Shown piece by piece: positions 11,639-25,502 of a stretch of DNA of 64,000 nucleotides. The position numbers and the translations under genes were made by a program. Source of the DNA: Paraspadella gotoi. Lineage: Eukaryota; Animalia; Chaetognatha. Under the pieces are notes generated by a model, which had not been told where the DNA came from, searched no databases, and saw only the letters and a list, made by a program, of their open reading frames with translations. Within the stretch, counting starts at the first letter, position 1. The number at the start of each line of letters is the position of its first letter. The stretch is taken from assembly GCA_051294375.1 (NCBI GenBank), contig CM119269.1, forward strand, positions 7,809,225-7,873,224, in the 5' to 3' direction.

Positions 11639-12325
11639 TTCTCCTTCTTCTCTCTCTCCTCTCTCTCTCTCTCTTCTCTCTCGCTCTGACCGCCTCATTT
11701 GTCAGAGTTTTCTCGAGTCAGTGACTTCTTTTCATCAACGAAAGGGATCGTCACCATGAATGGATCTTTGATGTCGGTCGGTCCAACCGGGGATCACACG
11801 CAAGAGAGAATCGTGCAGCGCATCTGCCGCCGCGTCGCAGAAAAAAAAAAAAGCCACGTCGGATTGACGTGGCTGCGTCAAAACTTTCGTCAAAAGCGAC
11901 GACAGCGTCAACCGGCCCTGGACGCCTCGACGATAGAGCGACGAGGAGCCACGTGCTTTTCTATGACTCAGCTAATCACTTGAACGAAAAAGTCACGTTG
12001 TTATCACGCGGCCTCAATTCGTTTAGTGTGAAAATTTGAAAAATTACTTGTTTTACTATTTTCTGAAGGTTTTACTATTTAATCTATATTATTTAATTAC
12101 ATATATATATATATATAATTTTTTATTATATTGCTTTTTTTTAAAAAAATTACTTTTCATTATAATTTATATATATCTAATAACTCATTTTGGGAGGGGG
12201 AGGTCAGTGTTGTCTTCTGGAAATATAGGGAGCATCTATGCAACATATATTAGCTACGAAAAAAATAACTTTTTTGCCATCCTTTGGGCTAAATTCTTTT
12301 TTATGAAAAATTTTAAATGCACTCG

Positions 12326-12420
<95 letters not shown>

Positions 12421-13600
12421 ACTTTCTCTCTAAATAAATATAGACAAGGAACGAGAAGGATTTGTGAGTACATATTGGATTGACAACTTGTTTTTGAAAA
12501 AAAATATAGAAAGACGTAAAAATAAAATTTTAATGGTTAACATCAACAACATAACATAACATAATGTTGTTAACCAATAAAACGTTATTATATCGTCTGG
12601 AAATCAAGCGCAACGAAAATATAGTTAGTAGTATAATACCGAGCAAAAAGTAGTTAGTATGAAGTGAGAAAAAATTATGACGTACGAAATGACCTCAGTT
12701 TTAACTTCGAACAAATTTAAGATTAGTATAGGATAGTATTTTAGCGTCGAAGTTTTTCAAACACAAACTATTGGTTTCAATATGAAATAGGATTTTTTTT
12801 AAATTTAAACATACAAACGTAGTTTTATAAAAAAAAAAGCCTCAACGACAATGATAATATAAGACAACCACGCTTTTCCCATTTAATTTATGAAATTGAT
12901 ACAATATATTTTTATAATATTAATATTAAAGATAGAAAGCGATGTTCTTCTGTTCGCCCGGGAAAGAGTTACTTTGGCAATGGAACCACTAGCGCCGCTC
13001 GGTGAGTCTAGAATGGAAGCTTTAAACGTGGGCCGGCAAGCAACGACACCATGTCCTTGGCCAACAAAGTTCGTCATTGCAGTTTCCAGCTGCTGTGTCT
13101 ACGCGCTGATTGAGAATGACGTGTTCTACTTTGTTGGAACCGGGGGAGCTAGTGGGGGGAAGCTGCAGCAGCTCCATTTGTGAAATCAACACGTGTGCCC
13201 AGCGGAGGGAAGTCGCCAAGAGGAAAACAATCGTAAATAAATGAACAACGGACGTGTTTCCTTTGTTTCCAAAACCGTAGGGCTTTTAAGTTGACAAATC
13301 AATTCAGTTAGGAGAATATTATGTATACTGTATAGTGTATACTGTATAGTATAAAAAATTAATCATAAATGATGACGGTATTTACACACTTACACAAACT
13401 CGGGAATATAATAAAGAAAGTTAGACATTTGTATAAAAAGAGAGGTAAAATATTTTATTCGTAAGTTTCATCAAAAGGTTTCGTCTCATTTTGGCGCCAA
13501 TCGGCTAAAAAGTGAAACCAATTCTTTTCTGCCGATAAATTTCCTTTTTTTTTCTTTCCAAGTCAAATCGAAAAAATATCAGGTCGGCCGGGAATTGAAG

Positions 13601-13644
<44 letters not shown>

Positions 13645-14400
13645 TGCCATTTCACCACAGTGTCGAAAAGTCTGAATCGCCTCTGGCATTGTTTTCTCTG
13701 ATGTTACTTGTCTTTGGAATTTCCTTCTCTCTGTTTTGGCCGAAAGAAAAAGGAAGCAAATAAATAAAAAGACAAAAAGACATCGAAATTTATTTATATT
13801 CCTCTTTTGGTCTATGTACTCTATTATAAGATTTTTTTACAATAACTATTATAACTTGATTATTTCTTTGTGTCGCCTTTTAATTTAAATCATTTCTTTT
13901 TTTTTTCTTCCTTTTCTTTTTTCTCTGCTTTAGGGTTAAAAATTATGTCAAAAAAGTTGGGTAAGGGTAATTTTAAAAATTGGGTTAGGAATTAGTTTAA
14001 AGATGAGGGTTAAAGATTAGTATCAGCGTTAACGGATTATGGTTATGGATTAACTTTTAGGGTTTGATCTTAGGTTAAAAGATTTGGTTAGGTTTAAGGA
14101 TAAAGGTTAGGGATTAGCACTTAGAGAAATTAATGCCGAAATATTTTTTTTTATTTTTCCCAGCTAATTTCTTTTTTAAATTTTACCTCCTACCAAAAAA
14201 TCTTAAACAGCATTCTGGCCTGGTTAAAACCCGGCCCAACATAAAAATTGCATTAAAAAAAAACAAAAAAAAAGAGCAAAATTTCTTTCCCCTAAATTTA
14301 GTCGAAATGGTATTCATATTCGCCTTAAACCTAAAACCCATTATGACCCAAATTAACGATTCCAATTCTTGCGCGACCTTTCGAGCCTCACCCCTTTTAC

Positions 14401-14480
14401 CGAACCTTTCCCCATTTCCCCGAGCGGGTCTGCGGCGGCGGCGGCGGCGGCGGCAGCGTGGGCGGTGGCGGTAACGACGG
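14401..14480 (-). CDS. Candidate small exon (poly-Ala or poly-Pro; frame and donor ambiguous)
   Basis: GC-rich island with acceptor ttgtcctcag|. Candidate donors at 14406, 14401 and 14392. Confidence 0.35.
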
Positions 14481-15284
14481 CTGAGGACAATTGTTTCTTC
14501 AAAGTATGAATTTTATATTATTATTATATTTTAGCGTGTTTCAAATTAAATCATTAATTTCTTTTAAAATCTTATTTTTAGATAAAAACACTAATGCTTT
14601 AATTGATTTTGTTAATAAAGGATAGCTAGCTCCGTTTTCCGATTTCTACGCTTTTTATACTTTTAACTTAGAGATTATTATTATTTGTAGTATTTACAAT
14701 TTATAGTATTTACAATTACATGACCGTTCTTTCGTTAATTTTTTTTAAATTACTCTTTCATTCCGCGACAAAGTTAACTGCTATTTTTTTCTTTTTCCGA
14801 TTTTTCGAATTCTGCCGAGATTCGATCCCTCGACCTTTTCGATAACGTGTCCGAATAGCGGCCTCCGTCGACGCATTTTCCGTTGCCGCCACGAGAGGCG
14901 CTGTGACATAAAGGCCGGAACTCGTAGAGCTCATTTCCTTAATCGGATTATCGACTCGTTTTACGCGAGAAAATTAAAAAAAAAAGGAAATTTAATTCTC
15001 CGATTTCGAAAAATAGAAAATTTCACATCTGGGGATTTTCTTCGCTTTGCTGGCGAAGAAGCCGCCTTAAAAAAGCTAGAAATTAAAAAGAAAATATTTA
15101 ATTTAGTATTTAATTTAGGCTAATTTAACGATGCTGTGGTACAGCGTTTTTCACGCTTGACTGAATTTCCTGTCAAGGTAGAAAAACCCTGACTCTTTTA
15201 TCTTTTGCTTTTTCAACTAAAACTCGAACTGTTTTTCCTTCTTTCGCGGGTTTGCCTCCCGGAAAGGAATGCTTTTAGAGCTCC

Positions 15285-15660
15285 TTTCCTAAAGGGAACC
15301 CATTTCGAGCAGAACATTCTAAATGGAATCAACTTTGAGCCGAACATTCTAAATGAACCTATTTTAAGCCCAACATTCTAAATGAACCCTTTTTTCGAGC
15401 CCAACATTATGAATGAAACCATTTTGGGACATTCTAAAAGAACTCGTTTTGAACTAAAAAATTCTAAATGGAAACCGTTTCGATCAGAAAATTCTCAATG
15501 AACCTGATTTGAACCCAACGTTTTAAATTGAACTCATTTACTGTCTAGTAGTTTCTATGTAAATGGAACTCTTTTAGGCAGAACATTCTAAATGGCACCC
15601 ATTTTAAGCCAAAAATAAAACCCATTTTAAATCGCGAATTTTAAATGGAATTCCTTTAAA
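15285..15660 (+). repeat. Degenerate ~30-bp minisatellite (gaacattctaaatggaacccattttgagcc-like)
   Basis: aacattctaaatg(g)aa recurs at about 30-bp spacing. Confidence 0.8.
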
Positions 15661-16464
15661 GTCGAGTATTTTCCTTTTACACTAATGTTTCTAAATTTAG
15701 TGAAGTTCGTGAACAATAATATAGATGTAGTATGTATATACTACAAAGTTACAAGAAGCGAGATATTTTAAGGAACTAAAGTCGTCGTAAATCTACATTT
15801 AGTTCGACCTTTCATTTTATTAATATTTAAATACTAATTAGAACTCAAGTTACTAAAGAGAAGCCTAACGACTCATATGCATTTACGTTTCCGACTAGAT
15901 CCTCTTCAGAATTTAATCCTTTTCCGACCTCAACCGATTATGGAAAAGCTTTCAGCATTTTTAGCGTTAATATTTTTTTAAATTTCAAAACGAAAGACGT
16001 ATTAAAAAAACGATACATTTAGAAATTAGATATAAAGAATTCATCAATGTATTTTCACGGCGGAAAAAAAAACAAGGTTGATATTGCATGATCGAATTTA
16101 ACTAAAATTTTAACTGTTTGGGAAATTGCGCTGAAAATAAAATCAAAATTTGATGAGAGAAAAAAAAATGGGGAAAGAAAAAAATAGGAATTAAAATGTG
16201 GATAGGAAAAAATAAAATTAGACAAAGCGAAAAAAGTGAAATAAAATGAAAGAAAATTTGTGAAGATTACAGAACAAGAGACGAGAGAAAAAAAAAGTTA
16301 AAAAAAAGGCGGATTTTGTGAAACTAAAGAAAAAAATAGTTGAGTAAAATAAAGGATATTAAGATAAGAATTGTAAAGGACACAAGAAAAGAGGATTTGT
16401 GGAAGAAAAGGGGAAAAAAGTAAAACGAAGAGAATAAAAAAAAGGAGGAGAAAGTAGAAAAAGA

Positions 16465-16830
16465 AAAAAAAAGGAGATCTACAGAAAAAAAAAAGGGAAA
16501 AAAAAGGAGATTACAAGAAAATAAAAAGGAGATCTACGAAAAAAGAAAAAAAGAGGAGATCTACAGAAAAAAAGAAAAAAAAGGAGATCTACAGAAAAAA
16601 AGAAAAAAAGGAGATCTTACAGAAAAAAGGGAAAAGGGAGATCTACAGAAAAAAAGAAAAAAAAAGTGAGATCTACAGAAAAAAGAAAAAAAAGGAGATC
16701 TACAGAAAAAAAGGGAAAAAAAGGAGATCTACAGAAAAGAAAGGAGATCTACAGAAAAAAAGGGAAAAAAGTAGATCTACAGAAAAAAAAAGAAAAGAAA
16801 GGAGATCTTCAGAAAAAAAAAGAAAAGAAA
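16465..16830 (+). repeat. A-rich minisatellite with core ggagatctacagaaaa
   Basis: More than 10 visible copies of gagatctacag separated by A tracts. Confidence 0.9.
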
Positions 16831-17860
16831 GGAAAGGACTTAAAATGATGAAACAATAAGGAAAAGGACGCAAGGATGATTGATAGAGAAATAGTGGCGT
16901 CATTTTCGAGCAGAGAAAACAGAGCGCGACTCTTTTTCTTTTTTATATTCCTTTTTTTCCTCCTTTTTTTCCTTATTTTTTTTTCTTCAATACACAATAC
17001 TGATGTTTGCCTATCTTCGAAGATGAAGCTCTGGACCGTCCTGACTTTAACGTTATCATTGTCATCAATCATGATCGTCAATCCTAATCAATGTCATTCA
17101 TCGTCGACGTCATTATCATCATTAATAATGATATCATTGTCTTTTGTATCATTATTAATTATCATCATCGTCAAGTATTTAGTCTTTTATAATCTTTTAT
17201 GATCTTTTAAGATCTTTTATAATCTTTTCAAAATCATCTTGTACAATAAACAATTTAGTGCGTGGTCCCAGGCCCGTAGACATAACTAAACGACTTACAA
17301 TTTTCAAATAACTCCCTTTGTCCAAGTCGGCAAGCCATAGAGCAATCAAATCTCTGCTTGATCTCTCTCTCTCGGGATTAAAGAGAAAGAAAAGAGATAA
17401 CGTCTTAAAAGGTAAAAAGGGAGAAACTCTTAAATCTAATCGAGCGGGAAATTTAAGGGAGGCGAAGTTTGCGAGACGCGAAATCAAAGACGTCGACAAC
17501 AACGACGACGACGAAAAGACGGGTGAAAACGCGACGAATAAGATTTGGAGAAAAAAAAAGTTGTAACGCAATTCTAGGAAATGTAAGTGTATCAATGATG
17601 AAATGTTTGCAAATCAGAGATCAACTACTTTCGATTACTTCATACATACTTTGAATTCATTCATTCGTCGGTTGACGCTAAAGTAAAAAAGGTAAACGAA
17701 AAGCGCCCCAAAAAAAAAGGAGGAGGCTCCATCTTTTTTTAGCGAGGGAAAAACCAGAAGGGCAAACTGAACAAAAGTCAACATTTCTCCATAAATTATG
17801 GCATCAGGAAAGAACAGAGAGTAAACCTTTAAAAAATATAACTATTCTTTATTGTTTGCA

Positions 17861-18216
17861 AACAAGAACGGTAATTCAAATGTGTTGCGCCGAAGTGACT
17901 GCCATGATGTGACATGACATGAATACATGAATACATGACTAGTTGACTACAATAACTTAACTTTCTTAGCCCGTGTATTTATGACGTGCACTGCATCAAA
18001 ATTCCGTCTTTTATTCCTTATAGTTTTAGGATTTCCTAAAGGTGGTGCGAGCAGTCCCTAAAATTTGTGGTTTTTTGCTGTCTTAACAAATGAGCAAATT
18101 ATATGTATTTTTAACGACTGACGGACAGACTGACGAACTGACAGACTGACAGACTGATGGACAGACACACCGACCGACGGACCGACCGACAGCCCAACTC
18201 GCGGCGCAACTAAAAA
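17861..18216 (+). mobile_element. Non-autonomous Helentron/DINE-1-like element, family B
   Basis: Starts AACAAG. Subterminal GTTGCGCCG (17884-17892) is the exact reverse complement of CGGCGCAAC (18202-18210), which is followed by TAAAAA. Also has an atcaaaattcc...ttatagtttt core and a (GACA/GACT/GACC)n tract before the 3' end. Confidence 0.6.
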
Positions 18217-20375
18217 CCTACAAAGCAAACAGAGGAACTATTTGAATTCTTTTTTTGGGGCGGGGGGTGAGTTTAAAAGACTTGGAAAAGTTGAATAGCC
18301 AACTATTCGCGCTCCAAGCGGCGATTAAACGGTTGAGGCTGAAAGAGAGAGGGAGAGAGGAGAGAGAGAGAGAGAGAGAGAGGAAGGGAGAGGAGAGAGA
18401 GAGAGAGAGAGGACGAGAAGAGAGACAGAATGAGACGAAAAAAACGAGCAATCGCCTAGCTTGAAAACGGGACCGTTTCCATGGAGAAAATTAAACACAG
18501 TTTTTTTTCTCTCGCGAGAGAAATTATACGTAATTTCTTTTTGTTAACAAAAGAAAGAAAAAAGAATAAATGAGAGTTTGAGAATGTCATCATTGACGTC
18601 ATCCGGTCTCCTTTGGCCAGGTAAGCGACGAAATGATTCCAAAGTTTATATCGTAAAATTAAGAATGGAAAAAAAGTAAAGAATATCACAAATTAAAAAT
18701 GTCTCAAAATTAAAAATTGACCGAGTGGAGAAGAGATGACGTGATAGTGGAATCCGTGGCAAGCCGCATAAAAGATTAATAACTATAATTAGCTAAATCA
18801 TAAACTAAATAAAGAGACACTTCATTTTGGTCTTTTTCGTCGTTTCCTCTCTTCATGACGAAGTATGTGATGAATTCTCAATCATTTAAAAACCTATGAC
18901 ATACATAAACAAAATTTAACAGCGGATTTTCTGCCTCGAGTTTTTTGTTACGTTTTTCAGGCAATCTGAAGACTATAAGATATATGATATATATGATACA
19001 AAACTATATTCAATGATGCTCTTATGTTCTTTTAAAACCCGCCCTATTTTTATTTTGCCGCTAGTTCATCGATGGTCAATTGGTCATCAGTTCGCTCGAA
19101 TTTTGATGTGTTCCTCTTTAGTCCTTCGATTAAACAACGATGATGTTCAAAATTGAAGTGAAGGCAAACTTTTCCTGACAAAAATCTTTCATTCATGATT
19201 CTAGTTTCGCTCTTTTTGCAAAGAGCCTCTGCTTTCTGAATGGATATTTTTCTGTGTCTTGGATGGAGAGAGAGAGACGGTGAGCATCGAGACGATGAGA
19301 AGTTGAGAGATGATGTGATACGATGAGAGAGAGAGAGAAGGAGAGAGATCCAGAAGGAAGGAGAGAGAGGGAGAGACGAGAGGGAGAACGCCAGATACGA
19401 CATTGGGCTCGCTATGCCAGCTGATACCTGAGCAGGTCCAGATGTGAGAAAATGAAAGTATTGAAGAGTAATAAAAAGAGAAAGAAAAAAAAAGAGACAA
19501 GAAAGGAAAATCAATAGAGAGACGAGAGAGAGAGAGGAGGAGAGAAGACGAAGTGAGGGAGAAGAGAGGACGAGGAGAGGATGAGGAGAGAGAGAGAGAG
19601 AGAGAAAGACTGACATGCCAAAAAAACGGAAAGTCCAATTGATCTTCATTATTAACTCTTCTTAATTTTTAATTTATTTTCCAAAAGTGCCTCGATTATT
19701 TTTCATTTGATTAATAAACCTTAATATTTTGCCAAATGTTTAACCTTATCCTATTCGTTAATTCTTAACTTTAATTCTATTTTTAACCCTAATCTCTAAC
19801 CATACTCACTAACTTTAATATCTAAGCCTAATCCAAAACTAAATTTCCAATTATTATTTAAGCTTTTTAACAATACAAAAAAAAAAAATTCAAGAAGCAA
19901 AAATATTTCTTTCGGTTTCGTGACCAAGAATCAACGAAGTAAATTGGGCTCTTTGTTGTTGTTGTCGTTGTTGTTGTCGTTGTTGTTGTCGTTGTTGTTG
20001 TCGTTGTTGTTATTGTTTCTTGAGACTTTTTTCGATTCCCATCACGCAGGGTCACGTGACCCAAAAGTGAATCGGATCAGAGTGACCAAAAAGTCGATGA
20101 CCTTTTTCTGGTCGAAGATCGAATTGAATGAAATCAAATTCACTTATCAAAATTACAATTTAAATATGATTATGCCCTAAGAAATACTTATAATGACAAT
20201 TTTTTGTTTTGTAAATAAAAACTATTATATCTAGAAACGCCACGAAAAAAACGAACTTTTTCGCAAATGTTGACGAAGTCAAAATGGTGAGACTCTTTCG
20301 GTGGCATCATGAAGTGAATATTTCCCTTGTGGCATTGCGTGTGTGTGTGTGTGCTGAGAGAGAGAGAGGAAGAGT

Positions 20376-20409
<34 letters not shown>

Positions 20410-22543
20410 AAGAAGAGAGAAGAGAGAGATGAGAGAGAGAGAGAGAGAGGAAGAGAGAGAGAGACTGAAGTTTCCCCAAGGCGAAAGTTATGAAAAGTGG
20501 ACGAGTCGATCGATATAATAAAACCAACAAAAAAAAACAAAACAACAACAAAAACAACAACAACAACAACACAAAAAGAAAAAACCTTACGTCGACTTTC
20601 GTCGTTCAGACAAAAGGGAAAGCAAACAAAGAAGCAAACATTTTATAGAAAAGCCGACACCGTTCCGCTTGCACAAGCTTGCACAAGCTCTATAACTCTG
20701 CCAAGCGCTGGCGACTTTCGTTAATCATGTTTAAGTTTGTATTGAAAATCCTCGGATACCGTAAAAACTACGGTTCCACAGGGTCGTTCTTTTACTGAGA
20801 AACGATTACGATAGATTAACAAGTGACAAGTTTTCCGCGAATAGAAGTGTGAAATGACTGGTCAGAAAAGGTCAACGAAGATGACTGGGAAATTCTGACC
20901 CGACGCGAGGACACAAAATATCTTTCACCGCCAATGATGATGAAACAAGAAACAAGTCTCTCACGAAACGAAAACGAAATTCTTGACTCTGATTGGTCCT
21001 TAACACTTCCGTCTCAATAATTGACCAATAACAAACCAGCTCGCGTCTCGGATTTTCCTCTGCCTGGGATATTTTTACATTTCTTTTTACAATTGTTTTT
21101 TCTTTTTTCTTATTTTAGCGAATAAAAAGATTAATGAAATTTCGGTTTCTCTAAAGTTTTGCTTATTGTTAATACTGTGCTTGTCAATAATATACTTGTT
21201 TAATATTATTGCTAGAAATTCTTATACATACATTCTCTCACCTTCTTTCTTAACTTCTCATCTGTTCTCCTCAACCCTTTTCTATTCTTCATTACTCCTT
21301 TCCATTTTTTCTTTCTTCCTTTTCCCTATTCCATTTAATATCCTCTTCCAGTTTAACTCTCTCGTTTTCCTCTCATTATTTTCTTTTTTCCATTTTCAAT
21401 TTCTTTTTACATTTTTACATTAACCCTCTAGGCGGATCTCATTTCTCCCCCATAATTCGAATTCCCCAATCTCCATCCCTTCACAATCCCCTTCCCCAAT
21501 CCCCTTTCTTCTAATCCCCTCCCAAATCCTTTCCCCAATCCCCTTCCCCTTTCCCAATCCCTTCTCCCATTCCACTTCCCCGATTCCCCTTCACCAATCC
21601 CTTCCCAAACCCCTCCCCAATCCCTTTTCCCAATCCTTTCCCTAATCCACAATCCACTTCCCCCGATCTCTTCTTCGATCCCCATCACCCAATTCTCCTT
21701 CCCAAATCCCCTTCCCAAATCCCCTTCCCCAATCCCCTCTCCATTTCTCTTCCCCAATCCCCTTTCCTAACCCCTCCCCAATCCGCTTCCCCAATCCCCA
21801 ATCTTCCATCCCCATCCTCTTCCTCATCCTCATCCATCCCCAATCCCCATCCCCGATCCACTTCCTTTTCCCCCAAATCCCCATCCAAGATCCACTTCCT
21901 TTTCCCCAAATCCCCATCCCCGATCTCCCTTCTTTCCCTAAATCCCCATCCCCGATCCCCTTCCTTCCCCCAAATCCGTCAGTCATCGATTTCCTCCTTT
22001 TTTTCTTCCTTCTTCTGTTTCTCTCTCCATTTTGATTTCTCGTTTTCTCTTTTTTTCTTTGTTTTTTTTTTCTCAAATCTTTGTTTCCCCCCTACACAGT
22101 TTTCAATTTTTTCCCTTTCACCTCTTTCTTCCTCCTCCCCCCCGCCCCGCCCCCTCTCCGTCCCCTTCTTGCTGCCTTCCATCGCAAGCAGCTGGTTCTC
22201 TATTTCCCTCCATCTTTTATTTCTTAGCGAATCACATTCACAATATTTTTCTTATTCTTTCACAATTATCTTCTATTCGATGACGTAAGTTTCATGTATT
22301 TTATTCTTTCAACAATTTTATTTTGTTTCACATTTCCCATTATTTTCACATATTTTAATCTTTTACATTTCCCGTTCTTTAAGATGTTTCATTCTTTTAG
22401 TTTTATACTATTTTAAAATTATCATTCTTCTTCTCCACACTGATACTTGAAATCATTTCCTCCATACGTTGTTACGTAACTTATGAAAACAAATATAAGC
22501 CAACGAAAAAGTTAGTAAATCAACAGTGAATAATTCGACTCAC

Positions 22544-22659
22544 TTATGGCGCCGCCCCCGCCGACGCTGCCGCCGCCACCTCCGCCGCCGACGCCGCCCT
22601 CGAGAAATATGCCAGAGTCGATTTTGTGATGCCATCCTCTGCGGGTTTCCTTTCCGCAT
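22544..22659 (-). CDS. Exon. Frame ambiguous: (D)AERKPAEDGITKSTLAYFSRAASAAEVAAAASAGAAP* or CGKETRRGWHHKIDSGIFLEGGVGGGGGGGSVGGGGAI
   Basis: Strong acceptor tttcatttttccag| and donor |gtgagt around a 116-nt GC-rich island. Confidence 0.55.
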
Positions 22660-23202
22660 CTGGAAAAATGAAAGAATTAAAAGGACGAATGGAAAATGAA
22701 AATGAGATTGAAATGGATTTGGTTGGATTTTCATTAGGGGTTTTAGGGATCGGGACGAATGGACTAATTAATTGAAAAATTATGTATTAAAAAAGACGTG
22801 GATTCATTGAAGTAGTCAAATTGGGCCAAACGAAGAAAACGACTATGAGAACGAATTGAAATAAATTGATTAATAGACGCATTACAGGTCAAATTAGGAA
22901 TTAATGGATTTTTTAGTTTAAAAATTATGATAAGGGGTTAGTGATAGTATTTAGGTTATAGACTTTGTTCAGGATTAGGGCTATGGATTAGGGATTCGGG
23001 TTAGAGATTCGCTCAAGTAAAGTTTGAGTTAAAATTATATAAAGGGGTGCCTTGGAAAAATAGTACCCGGAGTCAATTAAAAAAAAAGTTTCAAATCTTT
23101 TTTTAAAGAATGACATTCGAAAAAATATATTAGATGAGGAAAAGCGAATGAAAAAAGACGAATAAATAAATGATCTTTTAAATTTCTATCTTACTCCTTC
23201 TC

Positions 23203-23241
<39 letters not shown>

Positions 23242-23243
23242 CT

Positions 23244-23290
<47 letters not shown>

Positions 23291-23551
23291 TTCTCTCTCC
23301 TCTCTTCTCTCTCTCTCTTCTCTCCTCTTCTCTCTCTCTCTCTCTCTCTCTCTTTCATCACTCTCTCTTTTACTATTTCGATATCACATTTCTCTTCTCT
23401 TCCCTCTTATCTTATCACACCTCCCATTTCTCCAACCCTCCTCCTCCTCCTCTTCCTCCAACTCCTCTTCTTTCCTCTCCTCCCACTTTCCCTCCTCCCA
23501 CCTCTCCCCCTCCCCCTCCTTCCCCTCCCTCCCTCCCCCCTTCTCTCTCAC

Positions 23552-23759
23552 CTGCAAACTCCTCCCTCGTCTCTCTTCCCCTTCGCTTCCTCGCTCCTCC
23601 TCGATTCTCCTCTCTTCTCTCTCTCCTCTTTCCTCTCTCCTCCTCTCTCCTCCTTTGCTCCCTCTCTTCCCTCCTCCTCTGCTCCCTCTCCTCTTTTCTC
23701 CTGGCTCCTCCGTGTTCTCCCTCGGAGATGGTGATAACGGCCGAGGAGAGACCCGAAAC
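23552..23759 (-). CDS. Exon, Glu/Arg-rich (phase-0 reading VSGLSSAVITISEGEHGGARRKEEREQRRREEREQRRREEER...)
   Basis: Strong acceptor ccctctttttcgtctcag| and donor CAG|gtgaga. 208 nt; all three frames are open, so the frame is inferred from neighbouring exons. Confidence 0.45.
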
Positions 23760-25427
23760 CTGAGACGAAAAAGAGGGAAATGGGCGAGGGGGGGGGGGAC
23801 GGTTGGAGGATTTTTATGGGTCGCATATTTCGGCGCCGGACGCCGGAATTTTCTCGGTGTACATGAAATTCCGTTGCGAGAAGCTAAAATATTCATTTGC
23901 CAAATATTGTTGTTTTTTTTTCAGTTACGTAGTACATCTTACTCTGGTTTTTGTGATCCAAATTTGGGTACGCGCTTTGTCGTTCACAACTTCACAACTT
24001 TCAACCGCCAATCACATTTTCACCTCATTTTCTATCACAACTTAAGAGATTCTCAGATCCGAAGTGGAAGGAGAAAGAGAAAAAGAAAATGGAATGACTT
24101 GACTTGAAATTTCTCTCTCCTTCTCAATATATTTCTTTTTTTTTCGCTCCTTCATTATTTCCTTGATTTATCTCTTTTTTATTTTTCCCCTTTTCTATTT
24201 TTCAATACTTCTCCTTCTACACTGCGCCGCTAGTACTCGAAGACCAACTCTGTCTGTCATTCTGGGTTAGTTTAGTGAATCGGTTTAGTGAATACTTGTA
24301 TGTACTATGTATAAAAAATATTAAATACTTGTACAGTCACGTGGTCATTTCTTTTTCCCTTCATACTCCTTCTCTTTTTTTTATCTCTCTTTAAATTCTC
24401 TTCCTTCTTTTTCGTTATTCTCTTTCCCTTTTTTGTTCTCTTCTTTCCTTCTTTTTATTTATTATCTTCATATTTTTCTCATAAAATCGAAATCGAATTA
24501 AATTCGATTATTCGTCGACGCTTCGTCATCCGTCTTCTTCATTTCGTTTCCTTAGTAATCATCATCATCATCATCATTATCATCATCATCATCATCATTA
24601 TCATCATCATCATCATCATCATCTAATTCGTAGTCTTGATTTTCTCCTACTTCGTCATCATCATATTTTGTCCGTTTTTCATCATTATTTTTCGCTTCGC
24701 CAGAGTTATTACTTTCGAATTTCTCTTCGTCTTTGTCGTCGTCTTTGTCGTCGTCGTCTTCGTCGTCTTCTTCGTCGTCGTAGTCAGGTTTTTGCGGTGA
24801 GATTGAGTGCAGGAAAACTGAGACGGGGCATTTACAGCGAAGCCGAGGCAAGAAAGGTCAGGAGGTCGCGAGGAAAGAAAACCTAAAAATGGTGAGAGGA
24901 ATCGGTCGAGGAAAGAAAAAAAGGAGGAAGGGAGGAAAGAAAATGAAAAAAGGAGGAAAGGAACGAATATGAGAAAAAATAGGAAAATGAGAAGGAAAAG
25001 ATAAAAGGAAAATAATAAAGGAAAAAAAAAGAATTAGAAAAGAAAACAGGAGGAAAGGATAACAAGAAGAAAAGGAGGAAAAAGAGAAAAAGAAAAAAGG
25101 AAAGAAAATAAAGTCAAAAAGAGGAGATGGTCGGGGAAAGGAGGAAAGAAAAGAAAATAAAGAAAAAAGGCAGAATTATTGGGAAAAAGGAAGAAGAGTA
25201 GAGAAAAGGAGTGACTTCGGAAGAAGAGATGGAAAGAAGGAAGAGTTGAAAAAAGAAAGAAAAGGAAGAGAAAAAAAAAAGAAAAAAAAACTCATCTCAA
25301 ATCTAAAACCAGGAAATCAATAGCGAAGCCAGATCATCAATAGTAAATCAATTGTTTACGAGTTATTGATCTCGTCGATCAGATTTTAGATATATTCCTG
25401 ACATGTGTAGGGGGAGAGAGAGAGAGA

Positions 25428-25502
<75 letters not shown>

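Noticed and set aside
14886-14903. CTCF-like motif gccacgagaggcgctg; similar words near 32103 and 49328
   Set aside because: Imperfect matches (the first is one base short of the core) that could occur by chance. No supporting evidence.
24552-24851. Poly-Asp ORF; similar (GAC)n ORFs at 54908-55319
   Set aside because: Dominated by GAT/GAC trinucleotide repeats with no clear splice signals in frame. It cannot be distinguished from a microsatellite.
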